The notes under the pieces: model-generated
The model's input: only the letters and a program-made list of their open reading frames with translations
The model's database searches: none
Told to the model about the DNA's origin: nothing
Part shown: positions 29,401 to 39,154 of the stretch, one piece after another
How the letters are laid out: each line of letters begins with the position of its first letter
Numbering within the stretch: the first letter of the stretch is position 1
Made by a program: the position numbers and the translations under genes
Virus record (IMG/VR): IMGVR_UViG_3300021964_000052
Coordinates: 1,258-65,257 of that record
Source of the DNA: a virus
Taxonomy: Duplodnaviria > Caudoviricetes
DNA: 64,000 nt
Direction: 5' to 3' (one strand)

Positions 29401-30152
29401 GAGTAGTTAGGATCTGATTCTATATTAAAGTTAGCTTCTCTTAATTTAGGGTATACTACTGGCTCTTCTTCTGTTTCTGAATCTATTTCGTAAAATATAG
29501 AATCTGATACTTTATCTACAACAAAGAAGGTATCTTTAACTGTATGAATTTGAGGAAGAGGTTCATATAATTTTATAGCTAAGGCTAAATTACCTTCATA
29601 CTCTATTACATCTACATTTAATCCTATATATAAATCGTTTTTAAGAAAATTTAATCTAAATTCAGAAAAGAAGTTTTCATCTTCTAAATTAGATTTTATT
29701 AAATCTGCTTTATTAACTAATTCTTCATCTTCTAAAGCAGTAGAAATAGCAAGTATTTCTGTTCTATCAGATGATATCTCCTCTATAAAAAACTGAACTC
29801 CTTCACTAGTATCTGAGAATAAATCTCTTAGGAAGTGGTATAGAAGCTTAACGTCAGTATTTCCGAAGCCATATAAATCAGCATCTTGTATCGGGTTGAT
29901 ATATAGATTGGATGTACTAGAGTCACCTGGTTCAGGAGAGTCTAAGACTTTTTCTGAGTTATATTCATAGTCAGAGAATAGAAGTGCGTTACCGGGAGAG
30001 TAGAAATGTAACTCTACATTATCATTCTCAGTATCAAACAAAGAATTTACCTCATAGCTATCTATAAGCTCCTTGTCTTTATCAGAGAATTTTTCAAACT
30101 CCGGTAAGGAATTTGGATTTCTATCTATAATTATATTCTTAACTTCTGCCAT
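26484..30152 (-). CDS. Baseplate wedge-like protein with C-terminal Ig-like/BACON-like domains
   Basis: LLKSKGTERGMRALINCFGIP; D.TAP repeats; ITSNVNWSVSCTENWV...RTAIVSV BACON-like end. Confidence 0.7.
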   Translation of the reverse strand: MAEVKNIIIDRNPNSLPEFEKFSDKDKELIDSYEVNSLFDTENDNVELHFYSPGNALLFSDYEYNSEKVLDSPEPGDSSTSNLYINPIQDADLYGFGNTDVKLLYHFLRDLFSDTSEGVQFFIEEISSDRTEILAISTALEDEELVNKADLIKSNLEDENFFSEFRLNFLKNDLYIGLNVDVIEYEGNLALAIKLYEPLPQIHTVKDTFFVVDKVSDSIFYEIDSETEEEPVVYPKLREANFNIESDPNYSIPSKYLNYDELFSYPISSSYYEAYSLFNDKGAQLSIDYSSYDSFIQFSSAEERLRNFKYKLDLINSYENSLSLINDSSYNLTGISGSRDYYESLIRGVVNNFDHYEKQLFYESGSFSWPKSTTSKPHTNYVSSNNIAQSWYNNQLASASAFDSTNYSALSNAIPSFIREDSNNDSALLFAHMLGQHFDNIYIYTKAVTDKYDNDNRLNVGISKDLVEEVLKNFGVRLYNSENSLSEIFKLFTGEGYQSGSQGEIINNYVTVTDAVQGSQPVAITNYTGEIYKRIYHNLPLLLKSKGTERGMRALINCFGIPADILDIKLYGGGDIEGEKFVGYEKNVTSSLDKIRIENSGSIISGSTLSQFASIKKPETTYTEDIHRIEIGFSPSDAINEYITSTLSSDFNIGDYLGDPREFNSTKYESLQRKANEILGSINKYQLNDFIRLIKFFDNVLFKMIKDFTPARSSIDTGIIIKPNFLNRSKAKTPTVTGTRPDQGYEAEIKISSATGSEGGIFSDRSKTYSTAYSESIATKSGSLFRIVSNDRPKYDGELSGSNLTVSSGELNIANIFKKVNQPPLQFDITFVSESNVSFTAFQMSNTATSTDELACGITPVYQTFYHDGAGSIPAVGDIIYTDVNGINTLDGNAQWRVVNGSNIVIQISGSGIHQGTVGTGSNCGAFDTTAPTGYSLDVIGYNRTYTNASTVGSTLAYIYDGELNATYYVTASDGSIEVEETGTITNAATQSININMSSLSEGAIEVSASLEDTAGNPGTNVFDTIIKDATAPAGHSVVISTSGTNATLALTNIPTTSNTTGGVINYTINSSGGGTQVQGQALIGSNASQSILGVDISGLNSGTLTASVTLRDLANNTGAAATDTVSYTSAYLFISPTSYSNSDGTFDTFTLTITSNVNWSVSCTENWVGIGTASGSNNDSSLITLDGNVHIQARTAIVSVTGGGITRTMLIQQAGFDGGQQ

Positions 30153-30160
30153 GCTTTATA

Positions 30161-31015
30161 TTAATAGCTTTTTAAAGGAATTAATTTAAACCTTAAAGCT
30201 TTATTTTTATCTTTTGCTAACGATCTTTTACCTAGTCCTGTATCACTACCTACAAAAACTTCAACTCTCTGCTTTAAAGGTGATTCATTAAACCCTGTTG
30301 CAATTGTTTCAAGTTCTAAATCTTTAAATTTAGATCTAGCTCTCTTTAATAAGTCTATCATTTTATTAGTATCTCTCTTATCATCTAATCTTTTCTTCTT
30401 TCTTTTATTTCTAGCTCTTGTACTAAGTTGAATAATGTCAGTCATTATTTCGCTATTATCGACAGATATAAACTGTACAACGCTATTGATCTGTTGACGT
30501 AGTTTGGCATCTGCTTCAGCTTTTTTAGATACTGCTTCTGCTTTAGCTGATTCTTCTTTGACGGTATCTTGAGATATTTGCTGTGTTTGTAAAGATGCTA
30601 TTGTTGCGTTAGCAGCTTGCAATTGAGATTCTAAAGAAGAAATCAGGGTTGCATTTTCGAAATCTAATTCTCCTCCACCAGCTGCTTCAGTTTCTAGCTT
30701 TAGTATGGTACTATTAGCTGTGAGGAGTTGCTGTCTTAAAGAACTTATCTCTTCTAAAAGAGGTTGAATATCCTCAGTTTCTCTTTCTAGATTATAAACT
30801 TCTAAACTTCTTCTAACTATATATTCATGAGAGTTTCTTTCTCCATTTACTGGCATAGTAAAGTATAGTGCTTCATAAAGTCTAAAAAGCTCCTCTACTG
30901 TATCTGTGTCTATCACAGGTTCTGGCTGTGTAAACGTAGTAAAGTTTCTTTTAATAACTTTATAAAACTCGTCTTTATTAAAAACGGTTTTTTTAATTTC
31001 TACTTTCTTATCCAT
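30161..31015 (-). CDS. Coiled-coil hypothetical protein
   Basis: ORF track; heptad-rich centre. Confidence 0.7.
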   Translation of the reverse strand: MDKKVEIKKTVFNKDEFYKVIKRNFTTFTQPEPVIDTDTVEELFRLYEALYFTMPVNGERNSHEYIVRRSLEVYNLERETEDIQPLLEEISSLRQQLLTANSTILKLETEAAGGGELDFENATLISSLESQLQAANATIASLQTQQISQDTVKEESAKAEAVSKKAEADAKLRQQINSVVQFISVDNSEIMTDIIQLSTRARNKRKKKRLDDKRDTNKMIDLLKRARSKFKDLELETIATGFNESPLKQRVEVFVGSDTGLGKRSLAKDKNKALRFKLIPLKSY

Positions 31016-32117
31016 TTCGTACTACTTTGAATACCTGGTTATTATCTATAACGTTTGTATTCCCGTCAATTGTAGTTTTAATTAATAGTCTATAATATCT
31101 TTCTGGCTGTAATCCATCCATATATACGTCAAAGTAATTAGATGTACTATCAGCACTAATTTTAGTAAATGTTGTATCGTAATCTACAATCATTTCTTCT
31201 GTATTTTCATCTCGTATACCCCAGTAAGAAGAGGTTGGCAGTAAATAGTTTGTCGTATAAACTGAAGAGGTAGTAAATGTTCTTGTAGGGTATTTCGGTC
31301 TAACATGAACTCTAAATCTATTTTTACCTTCATCAGTATACCTATCCTTAGCGTTTCTAATAGTAATAACTGCTTCTGGATCTGTAACTGTATTTAATGA
31401 ACCGGTAGAGTAACTAAAATCATCCCATTTTAACTCTAAATAAGGAGGGTATGTTGTATTAGTATCTGAGCTATAAAATTTCAGCCTTATAGAAGAAGTT
31501 AGATTATTTTCTATAGTATCATCCAGCTTCACTACAAAACCATTATTATCTAATGATTCACTATAATGTAGCTTGATAGTGTTTGTAACGTCTAAATTTA
31601 AATCGTGATTCGATGTTTTAGTGTGAGACTGTGATGCTTCTAGGTTATAGTCAACTGAAGCAGTATACCATGCTGTACCTCCTTTTGCTGCATCTAAGAA
31701 AGAAGCGGTAACGTAAGTATCGTATGACCCTGTGTTCCATATTTGAGAAACACCTGCTTGAGTATAGTTCCAGCTACATCCTGATTTATTAATTGGTAGA
31801 TCTCCAAACTTACCTATTCCTTCATCCCAACTTTGTGAGATTGGATATCCGTAAATAGTATAATGTTTTGGAAGCTCATTAGCATAAGCAAGAAACATTT
31901 TTAAGCTAGCTGAGAAATCAGTACCGGTTCCTGCTTTATTATTTAATGTATCTTGTATTTCGTCACTACTGAATTGTATCAATGCACGAGAAGTTTGTCC
32001 TGCAGTTGATGTAAAATATCCAGCAACTTCTAATATTTCATCTCTACCTAAATTGGCTACCTCTTTTTCAGTGTAGATGAAAGTATCTTTTTCGGGAAAA
32101 ATTCTATATATTGCCAT
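31008..32117 (-). CDS. Structural protein (DNRLRE-like beta domain)
   Basis: KDTFIY, SRALIQF, WDEG.G, LDVT, NNGF, FYSSDT..YPPYLELKW. Confidence 0.6.
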   Translation of the reverse strand: MAIYRIFPEKDTFIYTEKEVANLGRDEILEVAGYFTSTAGQTSRALIQFSSDEIQDTLNNKAGTGTDFSASLKMFLAYANELPKHYTIYGYPISQSWDEGIGKFGDLPINKSGCSWNYTQAGVSQIWNTGSYDTYVTASFLDAAKGGTAWYTASVDYNLEASQSHTKTSNHDLNLDVTNTIKLHYSESLDNNGFVVKLDDTIENNLTSSIRLKFYSSDTNTTYPPYLELKWDDFSYSTGSLNTVTDPEAVITIRNAKDRYTDEGKNRFRVHVRPKYPTRTFTTSSVYTTNYLLPTSSYWGIRDENTEEMIVDYDTTFTKISADSTSNYFDVYMDGLQPERYYRLLIKTTIDGNTNVIDNNQVFKVVRNG

Positions 32118-32118
32118 C

Positions 32119-33930
32119 TTATAATGTTGTTACTCGTCCTTGAATATCTTGATCTAAAAACTTAACTTCAAATACCATAGGGTCATAAGAAGGGTATACT
32201 ATATTTCCTTTCGTAGCTCCTTTTATGTCGTATGCGTAATGAGAATAATTACCTCCTACCTTATTAGTAATCTCTAAATTTTGTACAGTCTGTACTCCTT
32301 TTACTCTATCTAACGTTGTAGATATTTGAGCAAGATTTATAGGCTCGTTTATAGCCCAATTAGATATATTAAAGACTTCTTTTAATTTATTGGTACAGTT
32401 CAATAGTACATCTCTACCGTTATAGTTTGGTCTAGTTAAAATATCAAACTTAATACCTATATTAACTACAAATGCATCTTTTATAGTTACTGCATCTGTT
32501 AAGATCATATACTGTGATAAGTATTTTCTTAAATTTTCCTTTAAGTTAGAGGTTGCTAAAGTAAGATTTTTATTTACATCATATGCTAAAACATACATTG
32601 ATAGAGCTAATGGATTAGAGTCTAATATAGAATCAGATTTATTATTATTAGAAACTAATTGATCTTGAGTTACATGTGCCTTAGCTATAGTACCGAAAGT
32701 TGAAGGTAAACTTAACGCTCTAACAGCATAATCCTGGAGTGTTACTGATCTTCCTTGCTCGTTAAATGCTCTAAAAGTATTTTCTCTTATCTCTTCTACA
32801 GTGTCTCCGTCTCTACCTCCTGTAGCTGCTCTAGGATTATTAAACGATAATGTACCTTGATAGGTAGTGTCTGAAGCAGTAGAGGTAATTGATGTTTGAG
32901 TTTGTATAGTATTAGCAGGTACATTTGCTTCGATTCCTCCTCCTACTAAGTACCTAATAGTTAAAGTTGTACTAGACGGTGCTAAACCATATGATCTTGA
33001 ATATAAAAAGTTAGAAGGATCATATGCATAGTCTGTTCTAGTAATACCTTGATTTGTACCGGCTCCTACGTTTAAAGGGTCGGGTAAGAAAGTTGAATCG
33101 TCATTACCTGATATACCGGCTCCAAATTGTATAGAAAGTTGACCTTGAGAGTTAAACCTAGTAACGAACCTTCTAGGTACTCTCTGTAGAGAGGCTAAAT
33201 AGGGTACTACATTAGCATCTGATTCTGAGTTAGAAGTTTCTACTACTATAGTATCTTGTCCTAAAAACGGTACTTCGTACCAAGTGTTGTTACTACTATC
33301 AGTTATATCTAATACTCCTATGATATTTTCATCTTCAATAGTAATTGTATTAAATTTTTCTGCTGTTGTATATGTTTGAGTAGATGTTTTTATCTCTCCT
33401 GAAAAAGCTTTTACTGTTTTCTTTAAAAGGAACTCAGCAGGATTACCGTTTGATAGAGAATTAATAGTTATCTCTGTAGGATCATAAGAGCTAGAGTATG
33501 CAAAATCTATTTTTTTATCTACGATAAAATTAACATTACCGGAAGATAATTGAGCATTAGCATTAATAGTAAGTGCCTGTTCAAAGTTTGGTTCGTAGTT
33601 AGAACCGGATGCTGCTACTCTTTGAGTAACCTCTATGTCTACTTCTGATACTGTTGTAGTTTTAGGTCTATATCCTAGCATATAAGCCATGTTATATAGG
33701 TTGCCTGGGTTTTTAGCGTACTGCAAGAACGTTTCTTGTAGCTGTGTGTCTTGGTAAAATGATAATATATCACCTACATAAGCGGCCATCTCAATAAACA
33801 TTACCCCTGGGGATGTTGGTGAGAAGTCGTTGTATGTATCAGGAAAGTAGTTTTTTGCAAACTCTGTTAATTGAGTTTTAAAATCACCGAAATCCCTGTT
33901 GATATATTTTATCTCTCTTTCTTCTGCCAT
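32119..33930 (-). CDS. Baseplate wedge subunit (T4 gp6 / baseplate J-like)
   Basis: RDF..FK, DFS..SPG..FIE.AAYVGD.LSFY, LGY.P, GG.DGDTVEEIR, R.VT.QDY. Confidence 0.88.
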   Translation of the reverse strand: MAEEREIKYINRDFGDFKTQLTEFAKNYFPDTYNDFSPTSPGVMFIEMAAYVGDILSFYQDTQLQETFLQYAKNPGNLYNMAYMLGYRPKTTTVSEVDIEVTQRVAASGSNYEPNFEQALTINANAQLSSGNVNFIVDKKIDFAYSSSYDPTEITINSLSNGNPAEFLLKKTVKAFSGEIKTSTQTYTTAEKFNTITIEDENIIGVLDITDSSNNTWYEVPFLGQDTIVVETSNSESDANVVPYLASLQRVPRRFVTRFNSQGQLSIQFGAGISGNDDSTFLPDPLNVGAGTNQGITRTDYAYDPSNFLYSRSYGLAPSSTTLTIRYLVGGGIEANVPANTIQTQTSITSTASDTTYQGTLSFNNPRAATGGRDGDTVEEIRENTFRAFNEQGRSVTLQDYAVRALSLPSTFGTIAKAHVTQDQLVSNNNKSDSILDSNPLALSMYVLAYDVNKNLTLATSNLKENLRKYLSQYMILTDAVTIKDAFVVNIGIKFDILTRPNYNGRDVLLNCTNKLKEVFNISNWAINEPINLAQISTTLDRVKGVQTVQNLEITNKVGGNYSHYAYDIKGATKGNIVYPSYDPMVFEVKFLDQDIQGRVTTL

Positions 33931-34340
33931 TACTGTTGAAAGTTAATAATTAGTTCGTCTTCTATATTAGTTTCTGATACTGCATATTTAAGTGCTAACG
34001 TTACTGTGTTATTATCTGTATCAGATCCGATTTTTAAATCTGTTAAAATAACTTGAGGAAAATATAAATATAATCCTTCTTTTATTATGCTCTCTAATCT
34101 ATCTTGTGTATCAGAATTAATTTGTTCAAAAACTACAAATCGTAACTCAGAACCAAAAGCTGGGTCGAAATACTTCTCTCCTTTACCTGTTAAAAAGTAA
34201 TTAATCATATTAGCTTTTAAAGCTTCTTTAGTTTCATAAGTAGAGTTAAAAACTGCTTTACCTGTAAAAGGTAAGTTAACTCCTATAGCCTTTCTAGGCT
34301 GTAGATCTAAAGGATTAATTTTTTTAACTTCGAATGCCAT
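33930..34340 (-). CDS. Baseplate wedge protein, gp25/GPW-like
   Basis: NYFLT.KGE..F.P.FGS.L...FE. Confidence 0.85.
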   Translation of the reverse strand: MAFEVKKINPLDLQPRKAIGVNLPFTGKAVFNSTYETKEALKANMINYFLTGKGEKYFDPAFGSELRFVVFEQINSDTQDRLESIIKEGLYLYFPQVILTDLKIGSDTDNNTVTLALKYAVSETNIEDELIINFQQ

Positions 34341-34341
34341 A

Positions 34342-34773
34342 TTATAATGCTCCTACTTTCTTTTTATCTAATTCATTAGATTTTTTTAGAACTGCACCTG
34401 CTTTTTTAACAAAGCTTAATTGAGATATATCAATACCTGGTGCTGGTCCTGTCATCCCCATTTGGTTAGCCATAGAGCTAGCAAAATTAGGTCTTGATAC
34501 CATGTCGGACGATGCGTTAACTACATTTCTGTATTCCTCGTTAGTCATGTTTTCTTTTGTCATCTTTAACATTTCATCTAAAGATGATTTACCTGTTTTA
34601 ATATCAGGTGTTGTTTGCTTAACTATAGGTTTCTTTTTCTCTATAGGTTTTGATTCACTAATGCTAGGAGCACTAGCTGTCTTAACAGCTTCTGTAAGGA
34701 TGTCTTGTAACTCCTCCTTAACTGCTGCTCTTACTTCTTCTCGTATGATTTTACGTAATTGATCGAGTTTCAT
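34342..34773 (-). CDS. Hypothetical protein (MKLDQLRKIIREE N-terminus)
   Basis: ORF track; CTATTTATA immediately upstream. Confidence 0.75.
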   Translation of the reverse strand: MKLDQLRKIIREEVRAAVKEELQDILTEAVKTASAPSISESKPIEKKKPIVKQTTPDIKTGKSSLDEMLKMTKENMTNEEYRNVVNASSDMVSRPNFASSMANQMGMTGPAPGIDISQLSFVKKAGAVLKKSNELDKKKVGAL

Positions 34774-34776
34774 ATA

Positions 34777-34785
34777 TATAAATAG
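34777..34785 (-). promoter_or_regulatory. Putative late promoter (CTATTTATA)
   Basis: Intergenic motif. Confidence 0.5.
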
Positions 34786-34790
34786 TTAGG

Positions 34791-35600
34791 TTATGGAAGT
34801 TGATTTTCAATTCTAAATTTTATTTCATCTATTAGTACTTTTGTTGAGGAGCTAAAAGAGGATTCCCCTTTCAGTACTATAACTCCTGTTATATCTTTAA
34901 CTGCAGCATATCTTTTTGGTGCAGGTAGGTTAGGTTGTTTATCTTCTAATATTACTATAACGTAATTATTACCGCTTTTTGATCTGTATACCGTGTCTCC
35001 TTCTTCTATTACAGGTGGTTGTTCACCTATCAATTTTAAGAATTTATTTCTTTGTTCTGGAGGTAATTTATTAACGCAACCTTCTAAACTAACATCAATA
35101 GAATTTAGCTTTTGTTTTACTGGTTGAATAAAAACGGTAGCATTTTGAGTCAATTCTTTAATTGCCGATTGATCTTTCTCTAGCATATCTACAAATTGAC
35201 AGGATAATGAAAGCAGTTGAGCAAACTTATTAGTTACTTTGACCGGTAATGAAAATATAACTCCTCCAGTTGGTGGTGGAACACCTACAGTAGTTAATAT
35301 AGCTAGTTGCTCTAATACGGTAACCGTAACCTTTGCAGATTTGATAGGAGGATCTAAACTTTCAGCAGTTTGCTTTATAGGTTCTATCTTGTTTTCAAAA
35401 TTCTCTATAACTTGTACAAGATTATCTCTTATGGCTAATATCTTTTCTAACTCTTCTACCGGTGGGCAGACGTCTCCGCTTAACTGTTCTGTAATTTTAT
35501 TTACTTGCTCCATTACTTTACCTATAACAAAAGCTCTTGCTTTTCCTACTTGCTGGGCAATCCATGCGGATAATTGAGATGCTGGTATACTACAGGGCAT
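34791..35600 (-). CDS. Hypothetical structural protein
   Basis: ORF track; lies between spike-like and wedge genes. Confidence 0.7.
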   Translation of the reverse strand: MPCSIPASQLSAWIAQQVGKARAFVIGKVMEQVNKITEQLSGDVCPPVEELEKILAIRDNLVQVIENFENKIEPIKQTAESLDPPIKSAKVTVTVLEQLAILTTVGVPPPTGGVIFSLPVKVTNKFAQLLSLSCQFVDMLEKDQSAIKELTQNATVFIQPVKQKLNSIDVSLEGCVNKLPPEQRNKFLKLIGEQPPVIEEGDTVYRSKSGNNYVIVILEDKQPNLPAPKRYAAVKDITGVIVLKGESSFSSSTKVLIDEIKFRIENQLP

Positions 35601-36772
35601 TATTCAGTAAATACTTTTTTAGATTTTAAATTAGATATACCTCCAGGGTTTAACTGAGATTTAAGGTTATCTTTTATTTGCTTGAGAGCTGAAGAACCTA
35701 CGTCGATAAGTCCTGGTAGGGGATCTCCTTTAATAGTTTTAGCTTTAGACATACCGGTTGTTATTTCTATTAATACATCTAATACATCAGAGAGGTAAGT
35801 TTCCATTCTATGCCCTAATACTACAGGTTGTTTAACTTTAGAACCTGCTACTCTAGCGCCAACTCCTAGAAATATGGCTTCTCCGTCTAAACATATGTAC
35901 TTGTGAGCGTCAAAATTTAAAGTGTTAGCGTTCAACCCTACTGATTCAGCAGCTGATATAAGAGCACTTTCGTTTTTAGCATTAAAAAATAATCTTCCTC
36001 CATTAATTATAACCTGACTGCCTTTATAGTCTTGGGCTGTTGCTGGTTTTTTATCGTAAGTAACTCTTTTAAAGTTAGCCTGAACTAGTTTAGAAGAGTG
36101 ATCTGAAAGTAAGTATATTGAAGATGCATCCTCGTTTACATCTTCGACTATAGGTGTAAAGCTATTATCTATTAACTTCTGACCGTTACTTATAAGTGTA
36201 AGGGGCTTTCCTTGATTAGAATCATCTGTAAATGTATTGCTCTGTGCTTTATATCCACCCATTCTAATGGACTGTCCTTGTCTACCGTCTAATATAATGT
36301 CACCGGGGAAAGGTTGAAGTGGATTAATATCAACTCCTTCTTCTATATCTTCTCCTAATTCCAAGGTATCTCCTACAGGGTAACCGCTATGGTTTGGATG
36401 ATTCCACATAGATACTATAGTAGTGTAGTAGGTTCTAGAGTTATTAGCTGAGCTACGTATTGACGGTGCTGGCGCTTTTAATAGTAGTACTATTTCGTTA
36501 ACTAGGGGAAGAGTTCTAAATGTAGAGGTTAAAGGGTAAGCTTCTTTAAGAGCCTCTATACCTTTATCTGAATCATCAGTATTGTCAGAAAGCTTAGAAT
36601 ATTTTATTACACCGACTGCTTCTGAACTACCGTACTTAACGTACTCTGGATCTGTATTATCCAGTATTACTTTTTTAACTCTAGCAGGTATAAAAGACCT
36701 TAAGTCGGTATTGGTAGTATCACTACTGCCCCTAGCTAAAGGTTGAGTATTTAAATTGTAGTTTGCAGGCAT
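35600..36772 (-). CDS. Baseplate hub/spike protein (gp5-like)
   Basis: N-terminal OB-like region with PLVNEIV; GD.I.DGR.GQSIR; C-terminal beta repeats and PVVLG. Confidence 0.65.
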   Translation of the reverse strand: MPANYNLNTQPLARGSSDTTNTDLRSFIPARVKKVILDNTDPEYVKYGSSEAVGVIKYSKLSDNTDDSDKGIEALKEAYPLTSTFRTLPLVNEIVLLLKAPAPSIRSSANNSRTYYTTIVSMWNHPNHSGYPVGDTLELGEDIEEGVDINPLQPFPGDIILDGRQGQSIRMGGYKAQSNTFTDDSNQGKPLTLISNGQKLIDNSFTPIVEDVNEDASSIYLLSDHSSKLVQANFKRVTYDKKPATAQDYKGSQVIINGGRLFFNAKNESALISAAESVGLNANTLNFDAHKYICLDGEAIFLGVGARVAGSKVKQPVVLGHRMETYLSDVLDVLIEITTGMSKAKTIKGDPLPGLIDVGSSALKQIKDNLKSQLNPGGISNLKSKKVFTE

Positions 36773-37137
36773 TACTCTTGTTCTTCTTCTGGTTTTTCTA
36801 TCTCTTCTATTTGATTTTCTATTGCTTCTTGCTCATCTAGTAAGTCTTGAAGATCAGAAAAGTCGAATTCACCTGATTCACCTTTAGCGGCCGCTGTTTC
36901 TATACGTTGTATTACCGTCGCTAATTTAATCAAATGTTCATCATTCTTTACTCCTATCTCCATATACTCCTTAATCATAGGTACAATAAGAGTGGCATCT
37001 CCTATATTCTCTATAAGAGGTTTTAACTCTCCAATCAATGCTTTTACTTGACCTTTCGTTTCTTTTGAATTGTCATATATCTCGCCAAATAGATCAGATA
37101 GAGTTTTACCTTTGAATATTTCTTTGTCTAAACTCAT
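36772..37137 (-). CDS. Hypothetical helical protein
   Basis: ORF track; CTATTTATA upstream. Confidence 0.75.
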   Translation of the reverse strand: MSLDKEIFKGKTLSDLFGEIYDNSKETKGQVKALIGELKPLIENIGDATLIVPMIKEYMEIGVKNDEHLIKLATVIQRIETAAAKGESGEFDFSDLQDLLDEQEAIENQIEEIEKPEEEQE

Positions 37138-37149
37138 ATCTATTTTATT

Positions 37150-37158
37150 TATAAATAG
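37150..37158 (-). promoter_or_regulatory. Putative late promoter at the head of the tail module
   Basis: CTATTTATA in the gap after the sigma-like gene. Confidence 0.55.
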
Positions 37159-37160
37159 AT

Positions 37161-37865
37161 TTAAGGTAAGTTATTCTTAATAAATCCTTTTTCGTATAAA
37201 GTATTATAGTCTTTATAGAACTCTTGCTTTAATACGTTTACTACTTTAGTTAAATGAGGAGTTTCACAGTCAGTCATTTCTCTAATGTAGATATAAAGAG
37301 CTTTCTTTTTAAATATTTCTAAATCGTGTCTGGTTTTAAATACTGTTAAAACAGCGTCAGCTATCTTTTTTTCGCTTTCTTTTATAAAGATATCGTCTAA
37401 CTTGAGATACATATCTTCTATGAATAGATCTAGAAACTGGCTTAATGTAATACCTACCTCATTATCTAGAGAGAAGTTATTTTTAAAGCTCTGAGGAGCT
37501 TCGTCCATTGAACCTATTTGTTTAAGTTTTTTATAATTTTTATTATTATAGTTAATCAACCACCTTTTAACTATAGTACCGTAGTAAGAATATGCTTTAG
37601 CTCCATTAGTAGGATCAAATTTATCCATTTTTTCCTCATATAACATTGACACTATTTCATGTTTTAAATCTTCAATCTTGTCAACATCGGTATAGTAGAA
37701 CTTAAAAGTATGTATAATATTCTCTGCTAGCTTATAGAAAGGGTAGTAAATATGTTCAGTAAAGATGTGGTTTCTGTAGTCCTTGTCGTCTGAAAGGTTA
37801 TATTTTACTATGTATTCTTCTGTTTCTTTTGTAAAGTAGTTAGCTTTACTCTTCTTTCTTGCCAT
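37161..37865 (-). CDS. Phage sigma factor, gp55-like (late transcription)
   Basis: NYF..., KLAENII..FKF..., KFDPTNGAKAYSYYGTIVKR sigma region-2-like pattern. Confidence 0.7.
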   Translation of the reverse strand: MARKKSKANYFTKETEEYIVKYNLSDDKDYRNHIFTEHIYYPFYKLAENIIHTFKFYYTDVDKIEDLKHEIVSMLYEEKMDKFDPTNGAKAYSYYGTIVKRWLINYNNKNYKKLKQIGSMDEAPQSFKNNFSLDNEVGITLSQFLDLFIEDMYLKLDDIFIKESEKKIADAVLTVFKTRHDLEIFKKKALYIYIREMTDCETPHLTKVVNVLKQEFYKDYNTLYEKGFIKNNLP

Positions 37866-38160
37866 AATTTTCGGGGAGCATATATCGATTTAAGTCTTTT
37901 TGTATAGTTTTAATCTCTTTAAAGAAAAAACCGACCTCGTCATCTGATTGAAAGACCCCTCGTTCATCAAGCTTATTGAGTTTTTTGTTAGATTCTTTTA
38001 TTATATTTGAAATATTTTGAAGATATTTAGTTTGATCTATAGTTACATCTTCATATTTTTCTACTTTTATCATAAGGTTTCTTACAATATAGGCTAAAAA
38101 AAGTATAATGGCAACTAATATTCCGGAAATTATGTAGAAGTATGTGGGATTAATGTCCAT
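37846..38160 (-). CDS. Single-pass membrane protein
   Basis: N-terminal hydrophobic helix; F.SDDEVGFFF. Confidence 0.75.
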   Translation of the reverse strand: MDINPTYFYIISGILVAIILFLAYIVRNLMIKVEKYEDVTIDQTKYLQNISNIIKESNKKLNKLDERGVFQSDDEVGFFFKEIKTIQKDLNRYMLPENYGKKEE

Positions 38161-38892
38161 TTATAGGTTTTTTAACATATTAGATAGTCCTTGCGATGAT
38201 TTTACGCTTCGTCCTGTAGAAGAAGTAGTTTTTGGACGTTTAGGCTTAGTAGATCCTCCGTTTCTTTTCCACATATCGTACTCTGCTTTAGAAGCTAAGA
38301 AGTCGGCTACATGTAAAATAGAAATAATAGAGGTTTTCTGTCTAGAACTTTCAACGTTACTGAAGAAATACGCTTCATTAGCTTTATCAAACACTCCATC
38401 GTGGCATCTTATAGCTAAAAACTCGTTTTTTGATACTTTAACTCCAAATTTCTGAAGTATAAACAAGGATCTATCTGGAATTAACATAAAATCTAGATCA
38501 GGATTGTAGGTGTACATCTCTGAAAGCTTATCTTGTCTCCATTTATCCGTTTGAGGTATATAGTTTGGAGATTCTCCGTCACCAATCTTACCTAAATCAT
38601 GGAAAAGAGCTGAGAATACAAGTTCCTCTTGTGTGTAGTCTATAGTTCCACCCATTTCTTCGTAAAGTTTATGCTGTTTCACGGCATATTTAACGACTCT
38701 ATTAACGTGATCTACATATCCTCCTGCAAAAGCATTGTGATACCATGTCTTTCCACTAGCAGGTGCCATAACATACGTTTCCTCCATGTGTTTTAACATA
38801 GACATCACTGAGTCTTTACGGTCGGTAATGTAATGCTCTATAATATTTAGGTGTTTATTATAGTTTTCTTGTATTTTTTCAGCATTTAGCAT
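38161..38892 (-). CDS. HD-domain phosphohydrolase (YhaM-like)
   Basis: APAS...HNAF.GG...H, ALFHDLGK, HDG, LHVAD. Confidence 0.85.
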   Translation of the reverse strand: MLNAEKIQENYNKHLNIIEHYITDRKDSVMSMLKHMEETYVMAPASGKTWYHNAFAGGYVDHVNRVVKYAVKQHKLYEEMGGTIDYTQEELVFSALFHDLGKIGDGESPNYIPQTDKWRQDKLSEMYTYNPDLDFMLIPDRSLFILQKFGVKVSKNEFLAIRCHDGVFDKANEAYFFSNVESSRQKTSIISILHVADFLASKAEYDMWKRNGGSTKPKRPKTTSSTGRSVKSSQGLSNMLKNL

Positions 38893-38893
38893 A

Positions 38894-39067
38894 TTAGTCT
38901 TGAGTTTCAGTGTTAAGTAGTGATACGATTTCAGAGTTTATCTCTTTTATCTTATCTAATTCCTTGTATGAGTTATCTCTCTCGTTTCTTCCTATATGGA
39001 AGTTTAGGCCTCTTAGGGAAGAGTCTATTTTTTCTAGCTTCGCTAATATTAAATCTTTATTTCTCAT
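38894..39067 (-). CDS. Small hypothetical protein (57 aa, not in ORF track)
   Basis: Hand-translated MRNKDLILAKLEKIDSSLRGLNFHIGRNERD...TETQD; abuts the next start. Confidence 0.7.
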   Translation of the reverse strand: MRNKDLILAKLEKIDSSLRGLNFHIGRNERDNSYKELDKIKEINSEIVSLLNTETQD

Positions 39068-39154
39068 ATATATCTATATACTTATATATTAATTATTATT
39101 ATTTTTTAATTTATATTATATCTTATTAAAATATATTATATTATATAATAATAT
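39068..39154. other. Almost pure A/T non-coding tract
   Basis: About 87 nt with only three C and no G on the plus strand. Confidence 0.8.
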
